Part shown: positions 24,817 through 34,741 of the stretch, piece by piece
Numbering within the stretch: the first letter of the stretch is position 1
How the letters are laid out: every line of letters begins with the position of its first letter
Assembly (NCBI GenBank): GCA_025558095.1
Contig: JAIVFI010000016.1
Span: 434,001-498,000 of the forward strand
DNA length: 64,000 nucleotides
From: Hyaloraphidium curvatum SAG 235-1
Taxonomy: Eukaryota > Fungi > Monoblepharomycota
Direction: 5' to 3'
Program-made: the position numbers and the translations under genes
The notes under the pieces: generated by a model
The model's input: only the letters and a program-made list of their open reading frames with translations
What the model was told of the DNA's origin: nothing
Databases searched by the model: none

Positions 24817-26561
24817 TCAGCTGAACCTGAAGATGTCCGGCATTGCCGGCCCCAATCCGTGCCCAGCATGCCCCAGCCCCGCAAACGGCGACGGCGGGTG
24901 CCCCGCAAACTGCCTCTGCGCAGGCTCCGAGGACGACCCGACGTCGCCCGCGGTCCAGTCCAGATCGTCGTCGAAATCCATGTGGTGATCCTCCTCCGCC
25001 GGCGCCGAGTCAGACCGCGGAGCCAGCGGCTCCTCCGCGGCATCGGGCGGCTGCCACCCGCCCGCGTGCGCCCCATCCGGCAACCCCTGCCCCGCCGGCT
25101 GCCCCGCCGGTCCCGGCGGAACCAGCCCCCCGCCCAGCGTGGGCGGCCCCTGCCCCGGCTGAGCCATCGCCTGCAGCGACGACAGCGCCTGCAGCTGCTG
25201 CATCGCCGCGAGCTGCTGCGGCATCGTCGCCATGAGACCGGGGATCGCGGCCTGCATGGCCATCTGCGCCATGTACGGGTTCGGCACCATGCCGCCGCCC
25301 ATGCCCATGTAGCCTGGCATGAACATGTCGCCGCCGGGAAAGGGGAAGGCGTTCTTGGACATCTTGTTGACCCTGTGCGGGGAAGGAGCGTTAGTGATTG
25401 CGCGACGAAGGGAAAGCAATAGACAGCTCACTTCCTGGCGTACCGAAGACCGCACGCGTTGCAGAGCCTGATTAGAGCAGGGTCAGTTGATGAAGAAAGA
25501 TGGCTGCCAGAGCGCGGCCGCCACCCACGTCTTCTGCCCGCTCGGGCCGCGGCGCCACTCGGGCGAGTCCGCCTTGCCACACTCCTCGCACTTGAACGGC
25601 GTGCCATCGGGGTTCTTCTTGGGCGCCGTCGACGCCTTGGAGCGCCGCATCTGCGGGGGCGATTCGGACAGGCTGCGATTGCCCGCGGGTTGAGCAAAAG
25701 AAGATAAGGACGCAGAGTCCGAAATGCCCACCCGAGGACGCTGCCAGACGAGGATTGCCCGGCCGAGATCGGGATCGGACCGCTGCCTTCGCCCTCCTCC
25801 TTGGCCCGCGCCGACGTGCCACTGGAGCTCTTGCGCGGCGGCGCCGGCCGAGGTGGTGGTGGCGTCGGGCGGACCGAAGGCGGCCTGCCCGGCGGGAACG
25901 CGGGCTGCGGCGACATGGGCGGCGGCGTCGCAAGCGTGCGGAAGGCGGGCACGGCGGAGCCGGCCAGGGCGTCGGAGGAAGGCTGGGGCGGGCCGAGGTC
26001 GCCGCGGCGCGGCACCGGGCGGCCGCGGTGGCCGTGCAGGTCCAGCAGCTCCGCGGCGGCGACGGCCAGCTCGCGCACGGTGTCGTCGATGTCCTCCAGC
26101 AGCGGCGGCAGCGCGTTCGCGGCGATCGGGCGCAATGCAGCGGCCTGGACGGGGTCGCCAGCGGCAGCCGAGAACAGGTCCTGGGCAAACTGCCTGCGCG
26201 CCAGGTAGTAGCGGTCCAGCACGTCGTGCATGGCTGCGGTGTCCGCGGCCTCGGCCTTGATTTCCACGTCGTCTGCCCCGGGTGCTGCGGGCGGGCCGCC
26301 CTGCGGCACGGGCGGGGTCGCGGCCGACACGCCGCCGCCGCCCAGCACCATCCACAGCACCAGCGCGGCGGCCTGCTGCACGGCGCCGTCGGCGTCGATC
26401 ACGAGCGGCCGCACGAGGCCGACGATGTCGTTCGCCCGCAGCGCCGCCCGCAGCGGCGGCTGCCCCGCGAGCTCGATCAGCGCCTTGACGAGCACGAGCT
26501 TCTCGCGGTTCCACCGGTCGAGCCCCGCGACGGGCGGTGCCTTCGCCCCGCGCGCCTCCAT
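24817..26561 (-). CDS. GATA zinc-finger transcription factor (C-X2-C-X18-C-X2-C) with N-terminal ARM-like repeats
   Basis: Spliced finger CEECGKADSPEWRRGPSGQKT|LCNACGLRYARK. M/Q/P-rich C-terminal region and two helical SPAG6-like units at the N-terminus. Confidence 0.88.
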
Positions 26562-26828
26562 CCTCGCGGCCGGCGGAGGCGGCGCGAGCGGGCAGGCGCC
26601 AATGGCGGTTTTGGAGTGCACCGCCCGCCACCGGGCGCCCAGCAATCGCACGGAGCGGAAGACGGAAGGCGTCCCCAAACGGGCACAAACCAAGTTCCGA
26701 GCCCGCCTGTCTCTGGCTGATTTTAGAGAGGATGATTTGACCAGCAATCGGGCTGGCTGCCCGGATTCGTGCAAAGCGGCGTGCGGGCGGCGTGCGGAAA
26801 TGATCCATGATTCATCGCAGCCGATAAG

Positions 26829-28469
26829 GTGCCAAGCTCGAGATCGGAGCCTCAGCGAGCTTCTGTTACTGCTCTCCGTCTCTCTCTCAAGGAATGTAAT
26901 CTCCCTGATGCGTCGCTTTGCACCGATCGCGTGCGGAGCGCGAATGCCGCCCGGAGGCCTTCACCTGCCCGTGTGGCATTCAGGGCTCCAAAGGTAGCTC
27001 CGAAGCTCAGGGCTCGGTCACCAACCAGCGCTCCGCGGCAGCTCGACACGCCGTCAGCGGTGGTCCCCAATGCGCAGGCAGCGCCTGCCCCCCCCAAAGG
27101 ACGCGATGGCAAGGCCGCGCCCGACCACGGCACGGTCTTCCCGCAGGACCGCGTGTCGCAAATGACCATAACTATCGCGCCAGCCGACTGGGCGGCGATG
27201 CAGGAGGACATGGAAAAGATCTACGGTTCTGCTTGGAGGATGTACGAGTCGGCGAAGGACATGGCGCCCGACGAGAAGATGGCCTTCATGAAGCTCATGG
27301 CGTCCATCAGGTCCGCGGGCAAGCCGGGCGCGCCTCCGGTCGACACCTCGCTCCTGACGCCGGTCCAGGTGGACGCGGCTAGGAAGCTGGGCGAGGAGGT
27401 CGCGGCCAAGGGCAGCAACACCGAGGTGCCGACGCCCATGTGGGTCCCGGCGACCGTCAGCTTCGGCGACAACAAAGGCAAGTGGGAGAACGTCCAAGTC
27501 CGCTACAAGGGCGCGAGCTCCCTGAATCCCTGGACGAGGGGGATCCTCTACCTGCCCTTCAAGTTGAAGAGCAAAGACAAGTTCTTTGGATTCAAGGAAC
27601 TCGCGGTCGCCAACAACTACAACGACCCGGCTGGGATGCGCGACATCCTGATGTACGGCCTCCTCCGTGACGCAGGTCTCCCCTCCTTGGGCACAGCGCC
27701 CTACGAGGTGTCCCTGGACCACGGCCAAGGGCCCCAGCGCCTCGGCCTCTACACCGCGACCGAGGTGGTCGACGACACGGGGATAAAGGCACACTTTGGG
27801 GACGACGACGGCAACATCTACAAGGTGGAGGGCACCGCCGCCTCCCTGGCCGAGGGCACGCGCGGGCAGATCCCCGAATCGTTCGAGAAGCGGAACAACA
27901 AGAAGTCCCCAGGATGGGCCGACGTAGAGGCGCTCTACGATGCCCTGCATGCGCTGACCCGCACGTCGGACCCGGCTGCGTGGCGCGCCGGCCTGGATGC
28001 CGTCTTCGACACCGACATTTTCCTCGGCTGGCTGGCCATCGTGACCTTCGTTGCCCATGCGGACACGTACGGTACCGCGGCGCACAACTTTTACGTCTAC
28101 AACAACCCAAAGTCGAAGAAGCTGACCTGGGTTTCCTGGGACAACAATAGCACATTCTTTCCCAAGGACATGGAGAGGTCCCCGCTGGACCGATCCAAGA
28201 CGGCCGCCACGTGGCCGCTCATCCGCTTCCTGCTCGACGACCCCGCCTACGCCGAGCGCTACCGGACGGTGATGGCCGGGCTGGCAGGCACGGTGCTCGC
28301 CAAGGACACGCTGGTCGAGCGAATAAGGAGTGTGGGGGCGGTGATCGGGCCCCGGGCAGAGGCGGACCTGGGGAAGGAGGGGTACGAGACCGCGGTGCAG
28401 GATATCGTGGGGTTCGTCGAGGTGAGGGCGAAGGAGCTGGAGGCGTTCCTTGCGGGCGCATCGGTGTGA
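26829..28469 (+). CDS. CotH kinase family protein (start uncertain)
   Basis: VRYKGASS, LPFKLK, DPAGMRDIL.Y, LGLYTATEVVDD, GNIYK, HNFYVY and WVSWDNN. Confidence 0.9.
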   Translation: MPSSRSEPQRASVTALRLSLKECNLPDASLCTDRVRSANAARRPSPARVAFRAPKVAPKLRARSPTSAPRQLDTPSAVVPNAQAAPAPPKGRDGKAAPDHGTVFPQDRVSQMTITIAPADWAAMQEDMEKIYGSAWRMYESAKDMAPDEKMAFMKLMASIRSAGKPGAPPVDTSLLTPVQVDAARKLGEEVAAKGSNTEVPTPMWVPATVSFGDNKGKWENVQVRYKGASSLNPWTRGILYLPFKLKSKDKFFGFKELAVANNYNDPAGMRDILMYGLLRDAGLPSLGTAPYEVSLDHGQGPQRLGLYTATEVVDDTGIKAHFGDDDGNIYKVEGTAASLAEGTRGQIPESFEKRNNKKSPGWADVEALYDALHALTRTSDPAAWRAGLDAVFDTDIFLGWLAIVTFVAHADTYGTAAHNFYVYNNPKSKKLTWVSWDNNSTFFPKDMERSPLDRSKTAATWPLIRFLLDDPAYAERYRTVMAGLAGTVLAKDTLVERIRSVGAVIGPRAEADLGKEGYETAVQDIVGFVEVRAKELEAFLAGASV

Positions 28470-28670
28470 GAGAAGCGATGAGATCGCGGGGCCGTTCCCA
28501 CATCTCGTGCTCCGGGATCCGCAAATAAACCGTTCGCGTGAACGATGCGTATCTCTGGATGCGAGGATAAGGCAAGCTCTCACTTCGGGGTCCGATACGA
28601 ACGTGCTGGGCGGTCTCGATCGCGTGCTCCGCACCGTGACTCCTGCCCCTGCCCTCGAATCTCCCCCGCG

Positions 28671-30554
28671 ATGGCCCGCATTCCGGCCGTCGCGCTGGCC
28701 GTCGCGGCGGCGATCCTTTTCTTCGCGTGTTTCGCCGCCGCGCAGATCTCGCCGCCCCCGACTGTCCTCCCGGAGGACCAGGTTATCCGGATTGTCACCG
28801 CCGACGGCCAGCCGGCCCGGGCCGGCGTGCCCACGCTGTTCAACCTTTCGATCCTCGATCCGTGGCGTTCGACGGCAGATAATCCTGTCCCGCTGCAATG
28901 GATGCAGCTCGTCGACCCGCGTGGTGAGTTTACCGGCCCCGGGTCGTTTGCCAACCGCGACGACGGCTCACACCATCTCCCAGGCGATGGAATTGGCAAG
29001 CTGCCCGTCTTCGTACGTGTTTCGCGTCAAGAGTTTCGTGTTGGATTCTTATTGTGCCTGTTCTGCCTCCGCTTGCGCTCCCCTCCTTGGTCGGTCAAAA
29101 CGACCTATCGTGCCCATCCCCTCCCCTCCACCTGCGCCTCTCGCATTGATCCGTCGCCTGCAGGTCGTCGCCCAGGACCTCGGCACGCTGTTTCACGTGA
29201 CCGCCGATATCGACTTTCCCCGCTACAACTGGGACTCCAACCAGTTTGAGTCGGTCTGGCAGATCGAGCTCCTCCTACCCCGCGTTGGCAACTACGGGAT
29301 CTATTCGAGATTTGAGGTTTTGCGCACCGACAACCCGCGACCGCCGACGATCACCTTCCCCAACCGTAACGATACCTCGCGGCACACGGGGTACGGCCGT
29401 ATCACCGTGCTCGCGTCGTCCCCGAACGACCCGACCATGGGCCCGATCGCCAACACCTCTCTGGTTCAGACCACGCGCGGACTTGAGCTGAACCCGTTGC
29501 ACCCGGACTCAGTGACAATCGGCATTACCCCTGCCGATCTTGCTCTGCCGCAGCCGGTCACGACCCCCCCGTCGGCGCTGTCGATAGATCGCTTCCAGCT
29601 TTCGCTGTCAATCCAGTACAATACGAGCAGGATACCTGTGCTGCCTACGGGATCGTGCGCGTTCTTCTTTGCAAACGCCAGCCTGTTGGAATCCATGGAG
29701 GGCGCCAAGCCGATGACCAGCTTCTCCCCAATCTACGAGGCGTACTCGCTTTTCACCGTCGTTCACGAGTCGATGCGGTGGTGGGACTCCAAGGGATCCT
29801 GGGTAGGGTCGGCCGATCGCCATTTGCCGGGCGCCTCTCAACCTCTCCTTTTGCAGATCGTTGGCACGAACCGCGCACCAGGTGGCCTGTGTCCCCCTCT
29901 CGACCCCAGCCAACGCTTCGTCGAGACCCCGCCGCCGTCGACAATGAGTCAGAGCGCCATCATCTCGTACGGCCCCACCGTGGGCACGCCCATCACCTTC
30001 CCTCTTCCCGGAAAGTACGCGATCTTCTTCCAAGCCGCGCGCGTGCCGTTCCAGGAGAAGCGGCGCACGATGCTTGTTGGGCAGTGGATCGTTGAAGTCC
30101 GGGGTATGTTGCCACGAGGAAGGGCGCGGATCTCTCTAAACCTCCCGCAGACGGCGTTCCCAGGGATGCCGAGGTCCTTGCGTACCTCTCCCGCGACAAC
30201 ACGGCGGGAGGCACGATCGGCCCCTACCCCAACACCAACAACTCGGCCTACGATCCGTCCCGGCCGCCTGGGTCGGGCGCGCCTGCCTCTGCCGCCCCGA
30301 CCTGCCCGCCTTCGGGGTCGGGCTCGCAGGCCGGGCTGATCGCCGCGATCGCGGTGCTCTCGATCGTCGCCGCAGGTGCGCTGGTCGGGCTCGGCGTGAC
30401 GCTTTACAAGCAACGCCCGCGGAACGATGACCAGACCTCGGCAAAGGGTGGCCCGGTGGAGCTGAGCATTACCAAGTCGGCGAAGGTCAGGGGCGAGGAC
30501 GACGGCCGACCCTTCGTGCGGATGGAAGATGTGGAGGAGGCCGTAAAGGAGTGA
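28671..30554 (+). CDS. Type I membrane protein with two Ig-like domains resembling a bacterial secreted putative metal-binding family
   Basis: Signal peptide; VVAQDLGTLFHV..LPRVGNYGIY and YGPTVGTPITFPLPGKYAIFFQ; TM segment LIAAIAVLSIVAAGALVGLGVTLY. Introns present. Confidence 0.7.
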
Positions 30555-30719
30555 TGCTTTGCTATGCCATATCCTGGATTGTTGCTGTATACTGCCGCGC
30601 GATTTGCTTTGGAACACGATCGCTTTGATGCGAGGACGATACATCTTTTTGAGGGGGCGGGGGGGGATCGCGACCACCATTCAAACAGGACCCTCATCGG
30701 GCCATCGCGGGATTTCCGA

Positions 30720-31151
30720 ATGTCATCTCTCGTGGTCAAATACGTTGAACCGGCCGAGCTCGCCGCCTGGCTCCGCCAGGGCAAGAGGAAGCTCGCAGTG
30801 ATTGACGTCCGCGACGCTGATTTCCCCTATGGGAACATCCGAGGCTGCATCAACATTCCGAGCCGGACTTTTCACGATACGGTGTCGGGTATCGTGGAGC
30901 GATTCAGGGGCATGGACGCTCTCGTCTTCCACTGCGCGTTGTCACAAATACGAGGACCCAAAGCAGCAAACAGTTTTCGGACCGCGGTGCTGGAAACGAT
31001 GTCGGATGGCGGGGAGCAGGCAAAGGTACCGGAGCTGTACGTGTTACGGGGCGGATTCTCGCGCTTCCAGGAGGAGTTCGGGACCGAAGAGGACCTGGTC
31101 GAGAACCTGACGGAAGAGGCGCGTGAGGCATGGCGGAACGGCTGGATCTAG
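30720..31151 (+). CDS. Cdc25-like rhodanese phosphatase/arsenate reductase (Ych1/Ibp1/Acr2 family)
   Basis: VIDVRD.DF..GNI.G..NIPS and the active-site loop VFHCALSQIRGP. Confidence 0.9.
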   Translation: MSSLVVKYVEPAELAAWLRQGKRKLAVIDVRDADFPYGNIRGCINIPSRTFHDTVSGIVERFRGMDALVFHCALSQIRGPKAANSFRTAVLETMSDGGEQAKVPELYVLRGGFSRFQEEFGTEEDLVENLTEEAREAWRNGWI

Positions 31152-31196
31152 GGGTTCAAATGCGGTTGACGATTGCTCTATTGCACCTTGTCGAGC

Positions 31197-32915
31197 TCAT
31201 CGCTTCCGCTTCTTTGCCGGCTCGCTCTTGCGAACCACTGCCTCGGAGTACTGCTCGACCATCCGGCCGAGGATTCGCTTCTCGCTGATCCGGATGGTCA
31301 GGGCCTGGAACAACCGCGACTGCTTCTCCGCCGCCTCGTACTGCGTCTCGTCGTCGCTCAGTGACGTCGGGTATCGCGCAAGCCTCGCCTTTGCAATCTC
31401 CACGAGGGCAGTACGAATCCTATCACCGGGAGCTTCCACGGCGGAGAGAGCGGCAGACACCACGGCCTGTGCTTGCTTCTTGGGTAGCCTTGCTCCCGCA
31501 GTCCATCCCTTCACGACTTTGGAGTCCATGCCGATGATGCCCAGCAACGCAAGGAGCATCTTCTCCGGCGTCCCACTGTAGTCGAACCTGAAGAACGCCG
31601 ACTCGGCGCCAGTCGCCTCCGCGTCCTGCATTCCGTCCTCGTCCTCTTCGTCCGAGAACAGCGACTTGAGCTCATCTGTCACAGCCGACCACAACTTGCA
31701 GCTGACGTCGACAACAGACGGTGGACCAAACGCCTTGGCGGCCGCCTCCTTCACGAGTGGCAGCGAAACGGTGACCACGTCGTACTTGTTTTCGCCCGGG
31801 CCATCGTCAACGAAGCCATACTTGTGCAGTAAGCTGGCGTTGCTGTGGGTGCCGTAGGTATTGAATAGCTCATCACCCTTCTTCGCTGGCCTGACGAGCC
31901 GCATCTCCATCATATCATCGGCTTTGCCATCCGACGCCTCGTCACCATCAGAATCCGAATCGGAGGCCGTCCCTGATGCTCCGTTCGCACCATCAAGCTC
32001 GTCCGACGAATCGTCCGAGATCGGCTCCAGCACGTCGTCTCCGAGGGATCCTCGCTTTCCGTTTTCCGCTTTCGGGTGAGCACCACCAGGGTCGCCGTTG
32101 GCCGACTTTCTCTGCTTCTTGGCTGGCCCTTCCGTGCCCCCTTCTTCGTCGTGGCTTTCTTCGCAGTCCGGGTCATGGCACGCGTGTCCGTCTCCTTCGT
32201 CGTCGGATGACTCGCCCCCCTCGACCACGAGCTCGGCGTGTTGCGGGCACGGCCAAGGACCTCCGCACAGCGGGCACACGTCCTCGTCCGTTTCCAGGTG
32301 CACGTGCTCATTGTCAGTTAAATGATTGAATGCGTCCGCCAGCGGGACCAAAGAGTCCCCGTGGAAGGCATCGACTCGGAAAGCACGCGAGGCAACGATG
32401 CTGCTGGCCTTCGAAAACGCTTCGAAGGTGAAGTTTGGGCTGTCGGCCGGGAAGAGGTCGCGGTTCTTCTCGAGAATCGGCACGACGAGCGTTTCAAAGT
32501 CCTCGCGAAGATACTGCTTATCCTGCTCCACGACCTCCAGAGGCTCCGTTCCCTCCAGCATCGTGAGCTCCTCGGGAGACCAAAAGGGAAGGGCCGTTTC
32601 GAAATCCGGGAGGCTCCGAAGGTAATTGTAGAACGGGGACTTTTCGCCCTGCTCTCGCTCAAACATGAGGGCAAGCGACAAGGCAGCGCCACCTCCCAGC
32701 TCCGCCTCTTCTAGAACATCGCCGATCGCGGTCGTCCTCGTGGATAGGACCGCGTCTTTAGGGATCGTTGCCACGACGGTGTCGACGGCCAGGTCCTCGA
32801 GGGCGATGACTCCGACGGACTCTCCGGAGCCGCGAACGCCCGCACGGACATCGATGCCGTTGAGCTTGATGTCGTGTTCCTCGAAGAACTTCTTCAGAAA
32901 CGCTACGCAGTCCAT
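31197..32915 (-). CDS. SET-domain N-lysine methyltransferase (SETD6/Rkm-like)
   Basis: IPKDAVLS, SRAF.VD..HG.SLVPLADAFNH and GDELFNTYG.HSNA.LLHKYGF. Acidic insertion; intronless. Confidence 0.9.
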   Translation of the reverse strand: MDCVAFLKKFFEEHDIKLNGIDVRAGVRGSGESVGVIALEDLAVDTVVATIPKDAVLSTRTTAIGDVLEEAELGGGAALSLALMFEREQGEKSPFYNYLRSLPDFETALPFWSPEELTMLEGTEPLEVVEQDKQYLREDFETLVVPILEKNRDLFPADSPNFTFEAFSKASSIVASRAFRVDAFHGDSLVPLADAFNHLTDNEHVHLETDEDVCPLCGGPWPCPQHAELVVEGGESSDDEGDGHACHDPDCEESHDEEGGTEGPAKKQRKSANGDPGGAHPKAENGKRGSLGDDVLEPISDDSSDELDGANGASGTASDSDSDGDEASDGKADDMMEMRLVRPAKKGDELFNTYGTHSNASLLHKYGFVDDGPGENKYDVVTVSLPLVKEAAAKAFGPPSVVDVSCKLWSAVTDELKSLFSDEEDEDGMQDAEATGAESAFFRFDYSGTPEKMLLALLGIIGMDSKVVKGWTAGARLPKKQAQAVVSAALSAVEAPGDRIRTALVEIAKARLARYPTSLSDDETQYEAAEKQSRLFQALTIRISEKRILGRMVEQYSEAVVRKSEPAKKRKR

Positions 32916-32982
32916 CGAGGCAAAGCTTGTTGTGATGATTGGGACGATCGACCCTAGAGGACCTCCTTCACGTGTCGGCGCC

Positions 32983-34662
32983 ATGGCTGTTGCAGCCGGT
33001 AAGCCGGCCTCCAATGGGGCCCCGTTAAGTGCATCGCACTCGGACTCGTATTTTGGGCCGGATTTGCCAACCCCACCCGATGAAATCGTCCGGAGAACTT
33101 GCCAGGGACTCGTTTTGGGCTACCTTTCCGGATTTGGACTCTCCTTCGTTCCGCGGCTCGGAGGCCTCGTCATTCAGGCAGTTTTGCGGCCTAAGAAAGG
33201 TGATCGGCCGCCTCGGCCGCTTGTATCTGCCATTGTCGAGCTGCTGGGCAAGTCCGCAAAGGGAGATGGCGCTGCTTTCCTTGCGACGCTCATGGGGGGG
33301 CTGCGGGCTTTCGAAGGGCTTGGAGAATGGATGGCACATGGATGGACGAAGTTCAGAAGACAGGACGAGGCTGCGAAGGCGCGGTTCGTCTCGACCGTGG
33401 CCGCAGCCTGGCTGGCCGCCTTTCTTGCCATACGGCGAGTTGGCGACTACGGCCGAAGGACCGACATCATGCTCCTTGCTGCCGTGCGGGCCGGTGATGT
33501 CTTCCTGCGAGGCGTCGTCGCGGCACCGCAGCGGCACGGGCACCGTTCGCGGGACGGACACGGACACCGGCACCACACCCTAACGAGCTTGCTTCTGGAG
33601 AATGCAGACACGCTCGTCTTCGTCGGCTCGTGCTGGGCGGTGATGTGGTGCTGGTTCTACGAGCCTAGAGCTCTTCCAAGGAGCTACAACAATTGGATCT
33701 CGCGGATGAGCGAGCTTCATCCGTCCCTCCACAGAGGGCTGCGGTACATTCGCGAGGGCAAGCTACATTGTGAGCTAGTTGCCGCCTTCGCAATCGTTTG
33801 AGCTGGATGTCTGATTCTCATTCTAGATGGAAAAGAGAGCCCGCACAACCATCTCTTGTTCGAAGTCGCCGACGGATACGGGATGCCTCGCCACATGGGC
33901 GATATTGCTAGCTTCGGTCCCAGCAATCCGCACGGCTTCCAGCAGATTCCGTGCCTTCTGGTGCACAAGGGCCTCACGGATTCCTGCCCCGGCCATTGGA
34001 AGAACGTGTGGACGAACGGCTTCAAGCGGAGCATTCTCATCTATCTCCCCATCCACGTGATCGCCCGCATCGTTTCGATCGGCACGCGACCGAAAGGATC
34101 GCCGAGGGTCAATCTCCTGGAAGTGGCCCGTCGGACGGCGGAGGACGTGGTGCTCTCCACATCATTTCTCTCGACCTTCATCACCTTGGTGTGGATGCCG
34201 ATCTGCACCTTGAGGTCGCACGTGTTTCGGCCCGGATTTGCAGACACAGTGGGCTACGGCCCAGGGCTCGGCTCGTTCCTGTCTGGCTTTTCGATTCTGT
34301 TGGAGCGCAAGAGCCGTCGGAGGGAACTCGCTCTCTTTGTGTTGCCGCGTGCCCTCTATGCTTTGGGGTACATGCTTCTCGGCAGCGCTCGGATTGCCAC
34401 GGGAGGCAAGCGCGATCCGAAGCACGGCCGCCAGATCATGAGGGCCGGGGAAAGGCTCCTTGTGGACGCCGTCGCCTGGCCGTTGGCGGTAGCTATTCTC
34501 GTTTCTTGCCTGCGATACGGAGAGAGCCGTTTCTACGGGCGCAGCAGCTGGGTGAAGCTGCTCGTTACTTTTGTTGCTGGGCGCAATCGGCGGGGAGCGC
34601 TCGGCAAAGGTGAACAGGACGGCCATAACGGTTCTCATACACAGTCTGTTGCTCCGAAGTGA
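32983..34662 (+). CDS. TMEM135/PXMP4-like peroxisomal membrane protein
   Basis: VMWCWFYEPRALPRSYNNWI, IPCLLVH..C and ERKSRRRELALFVLPRAL. One intron at about 33770-33826. Confidence 0.85.
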
Positions 34663-34741
34663 CGGCGGAAGTAGATACACGAAGACCAAGCATCTTGCCC
34701 TAAGACGCTCAAAACCCCGCGGCCCCGGCGCTGCGCCTCCT

